In this document: positions 1 to 7,318 of the stretch, one piece after another
Position numbering within the stretch: position 1 is the first letter of the stretch
Layout: each line of letters starts with the position of its first letter
Origin: Candidatus Micrarchaeota archaeon
Lineage (GTDB): Archaea; Micrarchaeota; Micrarchaeia; Anstonellales; J096
DNA length: 41,647 nucleotides
Assembly: GCA_030550115.1 (NCBI GenBank)
Contig: JAUQPY010000015.1
Coordinates: 1 to 41,647, forward strand
Reading direction: 5' to 3'
Notes under the pieces: model-generated
Told to the model about the DNA's origin: nothing
The model's input: the letters and a program-made list of their open reading frames with translations, nothing else
Database searches by the model: none
Program-made: the position numbers and the translations under genes

Positions 1-27
1 CTGTAGTTCTCTGGTAGCCTTTACCAT
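1..27 (-). CDS. 5' end of an unidentified gene running off the left edge (MVKATRELQ...)
   Basis: ATG at 27..25 lies 29-30 nt downstream of a minus-strand TATA-like box (49..56). This is the spacing seen at most first genes in the window. Only 9 codons are visible, so the product is unknowable. Confidence 0.3.
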
Positions 28-48
28 GTTAATATTAGAACAAAAGTG

Positions 49-56
49 TTTAAAAA
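49..56 (-). promoter_or_regulatory. TATA-box-like element for the partial leftward gene
   Basis: Plus-strand tttaaaaa reads tttttaaa on the minus strand, about 29 nt upstream of the ATG at 27. Confidence 0.35.
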
Positions 57-111
57 TTTACAACTTCAGGTGGATCATTAACATAAGACTGATCATATCA
101 CTGTAATGACA

Positions 112-197
112 TGCAGGGGGTGGGATTTGAACCCACGAACCCACAACGGGACAGACCCCTCAAGCCTGCGCCTTTGACCAGACTTGGCTACCCCTGC
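112..197 (-). tRNA. tRNA-Leu (anticodon GAG), class II with long variable arm
   Basis: The reverse complement folds by hand into a cloverleaf. Acceptor GCAGGGG/CCCCTGC, anticodon stem CAGGC/GTCTG, loop TTGAGGG (anticodon GAG). The variable arm is 15 nt with a CCC/GGG stem, the T arm is GTGGG-TTCAAAT-CCCAC, and the discriminator is A. No CCA is encoded. It is GC-rich against AT-rich flanks. Confidence 0.9.
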
Positions 198-224
198 TCC
201 AGTTAAATAATTATAGGTGAACAA

Positions 225-232
225 TTTAAATA
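225..232 (+). promoter_or_regulatory. TATA-box-like element upstream of mevalonate kinase; region is shared with divergent tRNA-Leu
   Basis: tttaaata lies 30 nt upstream of the ATG at 255. The same A/T block read on the minus strand lies about 33 nt from the tRNA-Leu 5' end (197). Confidence 0.45.
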
Positions 233-254
233 TATTTAAAGATCTATTTTGAGT

Positions 255-1103
255 ATGGGCTACGGTAAATCAAATGGTAAAGTTATCCTATTTGGTGAAC
301 ACTTTGTAGTATATGGATTACCAGCAATAGTCATCCCAATTGATAGATATGTGGAGATACATCTGAAGAAAGGAGACCAATCTAGGAATCCTGATTATAT
401 AAATTCAATGTTAGATATACTAAAGAGGGAATTGGATATTAAGGAATCTTTTCAAATAATAGAGATTAGATCGAATTTGCCCGTATCTGCTGGATTAGGT
501 TCTTCTGCAGCACTAAGTGTAGCTCTGACAAAGGCGGTAGCAGATGAATTGTCTCTGAATCTAAGTAATGAAAAGATATTTGAACTATCATGGAATTTAG
601 AGAATCTATTTCATAAAAACAGTTCTGGAGTAGATGTATACGTTTCCCTCTATAACAGACCTGTTTTATATAGGAAATCCCATCAGAGAACTATTATAGA
701 TAAAATATCTTTGAATATAGATGCAAAATTGGGTATAAAAATTTTAAGGAGAAATCAGAGTACTGGAGATATAGTAAATGATGTAAGAGAGTATTCAATC
801 AAATATCCAGCTATATTTGAGAATCTAAAAGCTGCCTACAGAGAATTATTTAATGAAGCAATAATTGCCCTATCTTCAGGTGATATTATGAAACTAGCTG
901 AACTCATGAACATAAATCAATCCTTACTAAGAGCTATAGGAGTATCAAATGAAGAAGTAGATAGAACAATATCAGATATGATGTCTAAAGGAGTTCTTGG
1001 AGCTAAGATAAGTGGGGCAGGTAGAGGAGGTGCTGTAATAGGATTATATGAGAGTTCTGATTATGAATTTGATATTCATATCGAGTTAAGATCTGTAAAA
1101 TAG
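255..1103 (+). CDS. mvk: mevalonate kinase (GHMP kinase family)
   Basis: GHMP kinase motifs are present: GKVILFGEHFVVYG, PVSAGLGSSAALSVAL and KISGAGRGGAV. The ORF-track start at 249 is a TTG. The ATG at 255 fits the 30-nt TATA spacing. Confidence 0.85.
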   Translation: MGYGKSNGKVILFGEHFVVYGLPAIVIPIDRYVEIHLKKGDQSRNPDYINSMLDILKRELDIKESFQIIEIRSNLPVSAGLGSSAALSVALTKAVADELSLNLSNEKIFELSWNLENLFHKNSSGVDVYVSLYNRPVLYRKSHQRTIIDKISLNIDAKLGIKILRRNQSTGDIVNDVREYSIKYPAIFENLKAAYRELFNEAIIALSSGDIMKLAELMNINQSLLRAIGVSNEEVDRTISDMMSKGVLGAKISGAGRGGAVIGLYESSDYEFDIHIELRSVK

Positions 1104-1435
1104 AACGAATCCAAAGGTAATTTAGGATATTTGCCATCAACCACTATATCTCTATATTCATAGAATCTAAAATTTCCCCGTATATATACCGCTATAATAA
1201 CCTTGAATCCTTCCTGATAGAACTGGGACATAGACCTGTACTGTTCCTCTCTAAAATAGATAGCATCTTTCTTGGTTGTTTTAACTTCTATAACTACAGC
1301 TCTACCACCTTTCATAGCAATCAGATCAGGAGTATCATATCCAGATCCCGCTGCTCTTATCACTAGAAATCCATTCTGTTTAAGAATATCTCTTAACTTT
1401 CTCTCAACCCTTATCCCCCGATAGATGTTTTTCAT
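1076..1435 (-). CDS. hjc: Holliday junction resolvase Hjc
   Basis: RGIRVERKLRDILKQNGFLVIRAAGSG...DLIAMKGGRAVVIEVKTTKKDAIYF matches the archaeal Hjc nuclease core (G-S-G, D, E-x-K). The ORF-track start at 1462 is a TTG, and the ATG at 1435 gives a typical Hjc N-terminus. The 3' end overlaps mvk convergently (1076..1103). Confidence 0.85.
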   Translation of the reverse strand: MKNIYRGIRVERKLRDILKQNGFLVIRAAGSGYDTPDLIAMKGGRAVVIEVKTTKKDAIYFREEQYRSMSQFYQEGFKVIIAVYIRGNFRFYEYRDIVVDGKYPKLPLDSFYFTDLNSI

Positions 1436-1757
1436 AGGTATTAACCCGTTTATAGATTTCAAAAAACAGATATGAGAGCAATGATTGGGCTATTCTGAAC
1501 AGAGCTAGATACAGGAATAGATTTGTTGCAAATAGGAGAGACAAGAGAAAAAGTATAATTGCTTCTATAAATCCACTCTTAGAATTCTCTGCTTGTAGAT
1601 CTAAATATCTCTGAATATTAAATAGCTGGAATATGAGAAGTATATTGTAAATCGATAGAGCTAATATGAATATAATTAGTCTATCTGAACTAGAACTAAA
1701 GAGTAATACTAGGAATAGCAATGTATATGAAGTATTATTTAGTGTGGTTACCATCAT
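1404..1757 (-). CDS. small multi-pass membrane protein, function unknown
   Basis: 117 aa with 3-4 hydrophobic segments. It sits in the radA-nmd3-hjc gene string with overlapping ends. I recognise no motif. Confidence 0.45.
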   Translation of the reverse strand: MMVTTLNNTSYTLLFLVLLFSSSSDRLIIFILALSIYNILLIFQLFNIQRYLDLQAENSKSGFIEAIILFLLSLLFATNLFLYLALFRIAQSLLSYLFFEIYKRVNTYEKHLSGDKG

Positions 1758-2340
1758 CTCTAATCAGTATTGTTAATCTATATTTCCGCTTCCCTTGGAT
1801 CTGTGTATGAAGTTTTCTAGATAATTTATATTCTAACCCCAATTCTCTAACCGTCTCTAATGCTTTCTTTGATGAGAAAAATCTTATATCTATACCTTCA
1901 CGAACAGATTTTACTGAGTATGGGTTTTCAGATTTATCAAACTTACTGGTTATTACCTTGAGCAATCTCTTAGCACCAGCTCCTCTCAGCTGAATCTCCC
2001 CTTCGTAATAACCTCCAGCTATTCTAGAACATATTGGACATAAAATCTCTTCGTAATCTATTTCTAGAGGGAATTCAAAATCAATATTATTTCTAGTAAC
2101 AATAGCCATATTCTCTTGAATATCTACTCTTGCATCATCAAAGTGTCTTATCAGCTTTTGCTCTATATAATTCTCTAGGGATTTTAAATCAGATTTCCAG
2201 TCTAATCCTATCTTGATCTTACCACAGCTAGGGCATATTTTAAAAGTATATTTGAAAAGTTCTCTATCTATCTGATCCTTATAGCAATCTCTACAATATA
2301 CATCTATTTCAGCTCTCTTTCCACATCTTATACAGAACAT
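1735..2340 (-). CDS. NMD3-family protein (compact archaeal form)
   Basis: N-terminal CxxC pairs (CIRCG...CRDCY, CPSCGK) are followed by CPICSRIAGGYYEGEIQLRG. This matches the NMD3 signature CxxCsR..gGYyeAi.Q.R. At 201 aa it is shorter than typical archaeal NMD3. Confidence 0.65.
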   Translation of the reverse strand: MFCIRCGKRAEIDVYCRDCYKDQIDRELFKYTFKICPSCGKIKIGLDWKSDLKSLENYIEQKLIRHFDDARVDIQENMAIVTRNNIDFEFPLEIDYEEILCPICSRIAGGYYEGEIQLRGAGAKRLLKVITSKFDKSENPYSVKSVREGIDIRFFSSKKALETVRELGLEYKLSRKLHTQIQGKRKYRLTILIRDDGNHTK

Positions 2341-2341
2341 T

Positions 2342-3274
2342 CTAATCGGTTACACCTGCGGAGGTAATTCTGAACACTACTTCTCGCTCTGGTAAGTTAG
2401 GAGAATCTACTAATCGTGCGATTCTTTTCTCATCTTTACCCTTTCTTACATAAACTCTGTATGTAGCTGCATGAGCGAGTACGTTCCCACCAATAGGAAT
2501 TGTTGAATCTCCGAACATCATACCTGGATTTTCCATAACCTGATTAGTGAAGTACACCGCCAAGTTGTATTTTTCTGCATATCTTTGCAGATTGTGAATG
2601 TGTCTATTCAATTTTTGCTGTCTATCACTCAAACTACCTCTACCTATAAAATCCGCTCTGAAATGTGAAGTTAGAGAATCGACCACTATCAGTTTTATAT
2701 TCTCATCCTTAAGCATATACTCCAATTTCTCCACCGCTAGAATCTGTTCTTCACTATTTTGAGGTTTTATAACAAATATATTCTTTAACACCTCATCAGG
2801 ATCCAATCCTTTACTCTTTGCCATTTCTGCAATCCTATCAGGTCTAAATGTAGATTCTGTATCTATGAAAACAACTTTTCCTTCTAATCCCCCCTTATCC
2901 TTAGGTAATTGTACGTTTACAGATAGTTGAAAACCTACTTGACTTTTACCGCTTGAGAATTTTCCATAGAATTCAACTATAGATTGCGTCTCCACACCTC
3001 CTCCCAAGAGTTCATTTAATTTCTGGGAGCCTGTAGTTATCTTCCCTATATTTTGTCTGGTTTTGTACAATTCATACCCAGATACCACATCTATCTTGAT
3101 TTCTTCTTTAGCCTGCTCTACAATACTTTTGCAGAGTTCTATAGGTAATCCTGTATTCTCTGCAATCTCATACGGAGAACTAGTAGCTATGATCTCCACA
3201 TTCTCATATCCAGCCTCTCTTAACTTCTGAGCTGTAGCTGGCCCAACCCCTTTCAGATCCTCTAATTCTTTCAT
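2342..3274 (-). CDS. radA: DNA repair and recombination protein RadA
   Basis: N-terminal HhH (LEDLKGVGPATAQKLREAGY), Walker A (GKFSSGKSQ) and Walker B (LIVVDSL). GGTGAT Shine-Dalgarno at 3280..3285 lies 5 nt upstream of the ATG. Confidence 0.95.
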   Translation of the reverse strand: MKELEDLKGVGPATAQKLREAGYENVEIIATSSPYEIAENTGLPIELCKSIVEQAKEEIKIDVVSGYELYKTRQNIGKITTGSQKLNELLGGGVETQSIVEFYGKFSSGKSQVGFQLSVNVQLPKDKGGLEGKVVFIDTESTFRPDRIAEMAKSKGLDPDEVLKNIFVIKPQNSEEQILAVEKLEYMLKDENIKLIVVDSLTSHFRADFIGRGSLSDRQQKLNRHIHNLQRYAEKYNLAVYFTNQVMENPGMMFGDSTIPIGGNVLAHAATYRVYVRKGKDEKRIARLVDSPNLPEREVVFRITSAGVTD

Positions 3275-3284
3275 TGTATATCAC

Positions 3285-3548
3285 CTAATCGTTCTTAAAC
3301 ACAAACAGTTTTAACTTACCTATCTTCATTATGTAAAAACTACCACCCTCTTTCTTTTGATGTAGCCACATAGCACCAACTTCTGCAAACTTTGATTTTC
3401 CATCCTTATCGACTATCAGTTGCAATATTCTATAGTCGGGCCTACCACGCTTTGGCTCTAATTTCTCCAGATTCTTATCTATAGATACACTCTCTTCTGG
3501 TTCGATCTCTTGTATAATGATTTCATCTTTTTCCTGATCGTCATCCAT
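3285..3548 (-). CDS. small hypothetical protein (acidic N-terminus, beta-rich C-terminus), first gene of the radA string
   Basis: ATG at 3548 is preceded by GGTGAT (3553..3558) with a 4-nt spacer. The ORF-track start at 3557 is a GTG. The C-terminal segment RPDYRIL...FAEVGAMW...GGSFY loosely resembles the DUF736 pattern, which is unverified. Confidence 0.5.
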   Translation of the reverse strand: MDDDQEKDEIIIQEIEPEESVSIDKNLEKLEPKRGRPDYRILQLIVDKDGKSKFAEVGAMWLHQKKEGGSFYIMKIGKLKLFVFKND

Positions 3549-3563
3549 ACCTATCACCTATAC

Positions 3564-3581
3564 ATTAGTGTATACACTAAT
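3564..3581. promoter_or_regulatory. perfect 18-bp palindrome ATTAGTGTATACACTAAT, candidate operator at the promoter/5' UTR of the radA gene string
   Basis: I checked self-complementarity by hand. It lies between a minus-strand TATA-like box (3600..3607) and the SD/ATG of the 3548 gene, where the transcription start is expected. Confidence 0.4.
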
Positions 3582-3696
3582 ATATATAGCCCAAAACCTT
3601 TTTAAAACATAACCAATCCAAACATTACTTTAGAATATAGTTACTATCTGAAATGTTAGAGAAAAATAAATAAGAATAGAAAATTTAATTAGAATG

Positions 3697-3936
3697 TTAT
3701 GCCTTCTTCCTTCCTCTGTTAGCCTTGGTTCTCTCTACAAATCCACTCTTACCCACATAGTAGAGGTATCCCTTTTCTCTCTTTATAACCTCTTTTGTTA
3801 CTGGTTCTGGCTTTGTGTCTTTTACCTTGCCTCTCATATACTTCATAGGTACTCTGTATACTCTCCCATCCTTACCTAGATAATACAGATATCCTTTCTC
3901 TTTCTTTACCTGTTCTGTACCTACCTTCTCTCCCAT
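3697..3936 (-). CDS. small lysine-rich protein with an internal tandem repeat (KEKGYLYYxGKxG x2), possible nucleic-acid binding
   Basis: The two repeats are VKKEKGYLYYLGKDGRVYRV and IKREKGYLYYVGKSGFVERT. The protein is basic, ending RGRKKA. The ATG at 3936 is preferred because the ORF-track start at 3960 is a GTG. The opposite-strand ORF 3694..3879 is hydrophobic junk. Confidence 0.5.
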   Translation of the reverse strand: MGEKVGTEQVKKEKGYLYYLGKDGRVYRVPMKYMRGKVKDTKPEPVTKEVIKREKGYLYYVGKSGFVERTKANRGRKKA

Positions 3937-3971
3937 TCTCTCACCAATTAATATATACACAAATTCTGTTT

Positions 3972-4589
3972 TTAAATCTTTCTATTTGGAGCCCCTGTGT
4001 ATACCATTATTACCTCATTAACTAGTTTACCATAATGAAATCTCTCCTTTTTTAGCTCAATCAGCTTTTTGAATCCTAATCTTCTATATAGTTTTATTGC
4101 ATCTCTATTCTCAGCACTCACATATAAGTATAGATTTAAATACCCTAACTTTCTTGCCTCTTTTATAGCGATTTGAAACATTTCCTTGGCTAATCCCTTA
4201 CCTCTATACTCAGGTCTAACGCTAACACTAAATTCACATCTATGCTGGAATGGGAAGTGATCAGGTATGAGCTCTAGAACTCCAGCTATTCTATCTCTTT
4301 TCATATCCATAGCAATTAATATAAATGCTCTTCCCTCTTTCAATCTCTGCAATTTAGAGTACATCCACTCTAGTTCATCCTTAGAATCTACTCTCTTTTG
4401 CACAGTTATGTAAGCCTGTTCATCTACAAATTCATTAATATACTCCGCCCAATCCTGTGGGGAGAACTTAGTTAGAACAGATCCATCTTGATCTAAATAG
4501 ATAGCTATACTATCGATAATTCTCTCAGGTTCTATACTCTCCTGTTCAAGAAGTTTAGAAATTTTTACTCCAGACATAATCACACCCAA
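3972..4589 (-). CDS. GNAT-family N-acetyltransferase
   Basis: The acetyl-CoA binding motif is RPEYRGKGLAKEMFQIAIKEARKLG...AIKLYRRLGFKK. The likely true start is the ATG at 4577, since 4589 is a TTG. Confidence 0.8.
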   Translation of the reverse strand: MGVIMSGVKISKLLEQESIEPERIIDSIAIYLDQDGSVLTKFSPQDWAEYINEFVDEQAYITVQKRVDSKDELEWMYSKLQRLKEGRAFILIAMDMKRDRIAGVLELIPDHFPFQHRCEFSVSVRPEYRGKGLAKEMFQIAIKEARKLGYLNLYLYVSAENRDAIKLYRRLGFKKLIELKKERFHYGKLVNEVIMVYTGAPNRKI

Positions 4590-4623
4590 AATATGATCTA
4601 GTTATATATAAGTAACAAAGGGT

Positions 4624-6066
4624 TTAAAAATCGATATCTTTTAAGTATCTCCTTCTACCATTCACCTCCCAGTATCTATCCACCATACTTCGTAAATCTG
4701 TATAATTCGATCTTAGCCTACTATCAGCTAGCTTGAATCTAACAAATAGGGGGTATTTCAACAATCCAGATATTATGGCTTCTCCAGGTAATAAATTTGG
4801 GATAGACGAGATATCATCTTCTGTTAATTGTTCGCTAACCGATTTGACATACTCTAAATCATATGGATTAACTATTCTCAAAAATATCTGTACATTCAGC
4901 TGAGCCATAATGGTCTGATTCAAATAATAAGGTCTTTGAGATATTATCCCCAAACACAATCCAAATTTTCTCCCCTCTCTAGCTATCCTAGTTAAGATAA
5001 GTTGGCTCAATCTACTCTCTGTGTTTGTTTCATTTGAAGCTAGTAAATGAGCTTCCTCAACAATAACCAGTACAGGAGGGATCTCGCCCCTCTTTCTGCG
5101 TTCAAATAGCTCTTTCAATAACACATAGGCTTTGGTTGATAGTATCCTATCATTAGTTGAATCTGAAAAATCTATTATCAGAGACTTACCATATTTTAAC
5201 ATCCCTATTTTTTCCTCTAAACCAATCTCTCCAAATATATCCATATTTCTGATATGCAGAATTTTCCTTATCAGAGCATTCACAGATCTTTTTTCATCAT
5301 CCTTAGATCTGAGAATACTCAGCAGATTATCTATGGATGGAGAATCTAATCTAGAGATAGCACTATCTAGGATATACAATTGTGTCTCGGATAGATCTTC
5401 TATAAGAGATGATACCACATCTGTGTTTATATATTCTCCACTTAACTTTATATCCCCAGATTTGATAGATACAAACCTATCAGGATATATCTGACTAAAG
5501 TTATAGTATTCGTTGTGTATATCAAAAACCACAACTGGCAAATCTATCCCTCTCTGTGTGAATTCCTGTAATAGTATAGATATCATATTACTCTTACCAG
5601 CTCCACTCATAGCCAACACTCCAAAATGTTTCTCAACCAATCTATACGGATCAAAATAGAATTCCTGCTCATAAGGCAAAACATATCCTATGGAGATAGA
5701 TTGATCACTCTCTTCCAATCCAAATAATCTTTTGAGTTCATTCCAATCCACTATTCTAACAGTATCGCCTGGTTTTGGTGGAGAATTCACTCTATTAATT
5801 CGATTATCTTTTACATATCCGTAGATTTTCACATGAGCAATACTATAGTTTTCTCTCTCAGGTGCAACATGTTTCAGTATTTCATCATAATATATAAGCA
5901 CATCTTGATCCATGAGCAAATTGTTCATATTAGCTATATTAACTACTCTTCCAAAAATCCCACTATCAGTAATTACAAATACATTATTATCTAGCTTGGC
6001 ATCTTTACTGACAAGAAAGGAATATCCTTGGATATCTGATTGTGATATAACAAATCCTACTTCCAT
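4624..6066 (-). CDS. herA: HerA-type (DUF87/FtsK-HerA superfamily) hexameric ATPase/helicase
   Basis: N-terminal HAS-barrel-like segment, Walker A (GVLAMSGAGKSN), the VVVFDIHNEY motif, Walker B (VLVIVEEAHLLA) and IAREGRKFGLCLGIISQRP. The start overlaps the stop of the upstream GGGP synthase by 10 nt. Confidence 0.85.
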   Translation of the reverse strand: MEVGFVISQSDIQGYSFLVSKDAKLDNNVFVITDSGIFGRVVNIANMNNLLMDQDVLIYYDEILKHVAPERENYSIAHVKIYGYVKDNRINRVNSPPKPGDTVRIVDWNELKRLFGLEESDQSISIGYVLPYEQEFYFDPYRLVEKHFGVLAMSGAGKSNMISILLQEFTQRGIDLPVVVFDIHNEYYNFSQIYPDRFVSIKSGDIKLSGEYINTDVVSSLIEDLSETQLYILDSAISRLDSPSIDNLLSILRSKDDEKRSVNALIRKILHIRNMDIFGEIGLEEKIGMLKYGKSLIIDFSDSTNDRILSTKAYVLLKELFERRKRGEIPPVLVIVEEAHLLASNETNTESRLSQLILTRIAREGRKFGLCLGIISQRPYYLNQTIMAQLNVQIFLRIVNPYDLEYVKSVSEQLTEDDISSIPNLLPGEAIISGLLKYPLFVRFKLADSRLRSNYTDLRSMVDRYWEVNGRRRYLKDIDF

Positions 6067-6797
6067 TCTTTCTTCACTGCAGCAAACCTCTCGGGCATCT
6101 CCCCTTTCTCTAACACGGTACCTATCTGTACCCCGTCAGCACCAGCTCTGTAAATCTCCCTAAGCTGCTCTGGGGATTTTACCCCTCCTGCAATTATTTT
6201 CAGTATGTTGGATGTATTTTTAGAAACTTCTGATATTCCTTCTAGTGGTACATGCCTATCTGCATTACTTCCCACATCAGCTAAAAACAGTCTAAACCCA
6301 AGTGTCTCCGCCAGAGCTGCAAATCCTCCTAGTAGCTTGGGTTTATTCTGAGGAATTAAATCCACATCACCGACCCAACCAACTGTACCTCCAGGTTCAA
6401 CGACAACATATGCTGTAGGTATGACTTGTATCTTAAGTTTCTTAACTATAGGTAGAGCTAATAGCTGAACTCTAGTTATCCAATAGGGGTTCCTGGAATT
6501 CAAGAGACTCATAAAGTATATTCCATCAGCGTATTTAGTTATAGTTGCCAGATTACCTGGAAATAGAACTACAGGGATATCTACGCTCTCTTTGATCATC
6601 TTAACTGTATAATCTAGCAATTCACCCTGTACACCTATAGAACCTCCTACCAGAATCATATCAAATCCAGCCTCATAAGCTCTAATCCCTACCCTTACAG
6701 CAGAATCTATGCTATCATAATCCAGTGGATCAATAACCGCAAACAGCATCTTCTCTCCAGAATCTCTCTTCTCATATAAATATTTAACAACATCCAT
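6057..6797 (-). CDS. geranylgeranylglyceryl phosphate synthase (PcrB/GGGPS family)
   Basis: Family pattern AVIDPLDYD...ILVGGSIGV...PVVLFPGN...FMSLLNSRNPYWI...IAGGVKSPEQ. It appears leaderless, with a TATA-like box 31 nt upstream. Confidence 0.85.
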   Translation of the reverse strand: MDVVKYLYEKRDSGEKMLFAVIDPLDYDSIDSAVRVGIRAYEAGFDMILVGGSIGVQGELLDYTVKMIKESVDIPVVLFPGNLATITKYADGIYFMSLLNSRNPYWITRVQLLALPIVKKLKIQVIPTAYVVVEPGGTVGWVGDVDLIPQNKPKLLGGFAALAETLGFRLFLADVGSNADRHVPLEGISEVSKNTSNILKIIAGGVKSPEQLREIYRAGADGVQIGTVLEKGEMPERFAAVKKEWK

Positions 6798-6820
6798 ACA
6801 GCTCTAAAATACATAAATAT

Positions 6821-6828
6821 TTTTAAAT
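6821..6828. promoter_or_regulatory. single A/T-symmetric TATA-like element serving divergent GGGPS (minus) and rpl11 (plus)
   Basis: atatttttaaatat is centred in the 53-nt intergenic region. It lies 30 nt from the ATG at 6851 and 31 nt from the ATG at 6797. Confidence 0.5.
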
Positions 6829-6850
6829 ATGTATAAGCATCTAAAAGAGC

Positions 6851-7318
6851 ATGGCTAGAAAAGAAATCAGGGCTCTTGTTGATGGAGGAGCTGCTAAACC
6901 AACACCTCCTTTAGGACCTGCATTGAGTGCTGCAAAGCTACCTGTACAGAAGATAATAGATGAGATAAATAAGAAAACTTCCTTCTTCAAAGGTATTAAA
7001 GTTCCTGTTATAATATACTATGAAGGTCAAAACTATGAAATAGAAGTAGGAATACCTCCAACTACAGAGTTGATAAAGAAAGAGGCAGGAGTGGAGAAAG
7101 GTGCTGGTAAACACGATACTCCTGTAGGTAATATATCTATGCAAAAACTAATAGAATTGGCTAAGAGTAGTATTGATAAATCTAATACAAACAGTGTGAG
7201 AAATAGGGTAAAAGAACTGGTAGGTACATGTCTGAGCATGGGGATAACTGTTGATGGGAAGAGCCCTAAAGATATTATGAAACAGATCGATCAGATGGAA
7301 GATGCTCATTTTAGCTAG
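6851..7318 (+). CDS. rpl11: 50S ribosomal protein uL11
   Basis: GGAAKPTPPLGPALSAAKLPVQKIIDEINKKT is the uL11 N-terminal domain signature. Confidence 0.95.
   Translation: MARKEIRALVDGGAAKPTPPLGPALSAAKLPVQKIIDEINKKTSFFKGIKVPVIIYYEGQNYEIEVGIPPTTELIKKEAGVEKGAGKHDTPVGNISMQKLIELAKSSIDKSNTNSVRNRVKELVGTCLSMGITVDGKSPKDIMKQIDQMEDAHFS

Noticed and set aside
3694-3879. 61-aa plus-strand ORF overlapping the small repeat protein gene.
   Set aside because: It is a hydrophobic, Cys/Trp/Phe-rich low-complexity translation with no promoter spacing. The minus-strand frame has an internally repeated, lysine-rich sequence and a plausible promoter.
3697-4589. GNAT plus adjacent small basic protein as a GNAT-type toxin-antitoxin pair.
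   Set aside because: The small gene is downstream with its own promoter rather than an upstream antitoxin. It has no RHH/DUF1778-like features. The GNAT looks like an ordinary RimI/RimJ-type enzyme with an N-terminal extension.
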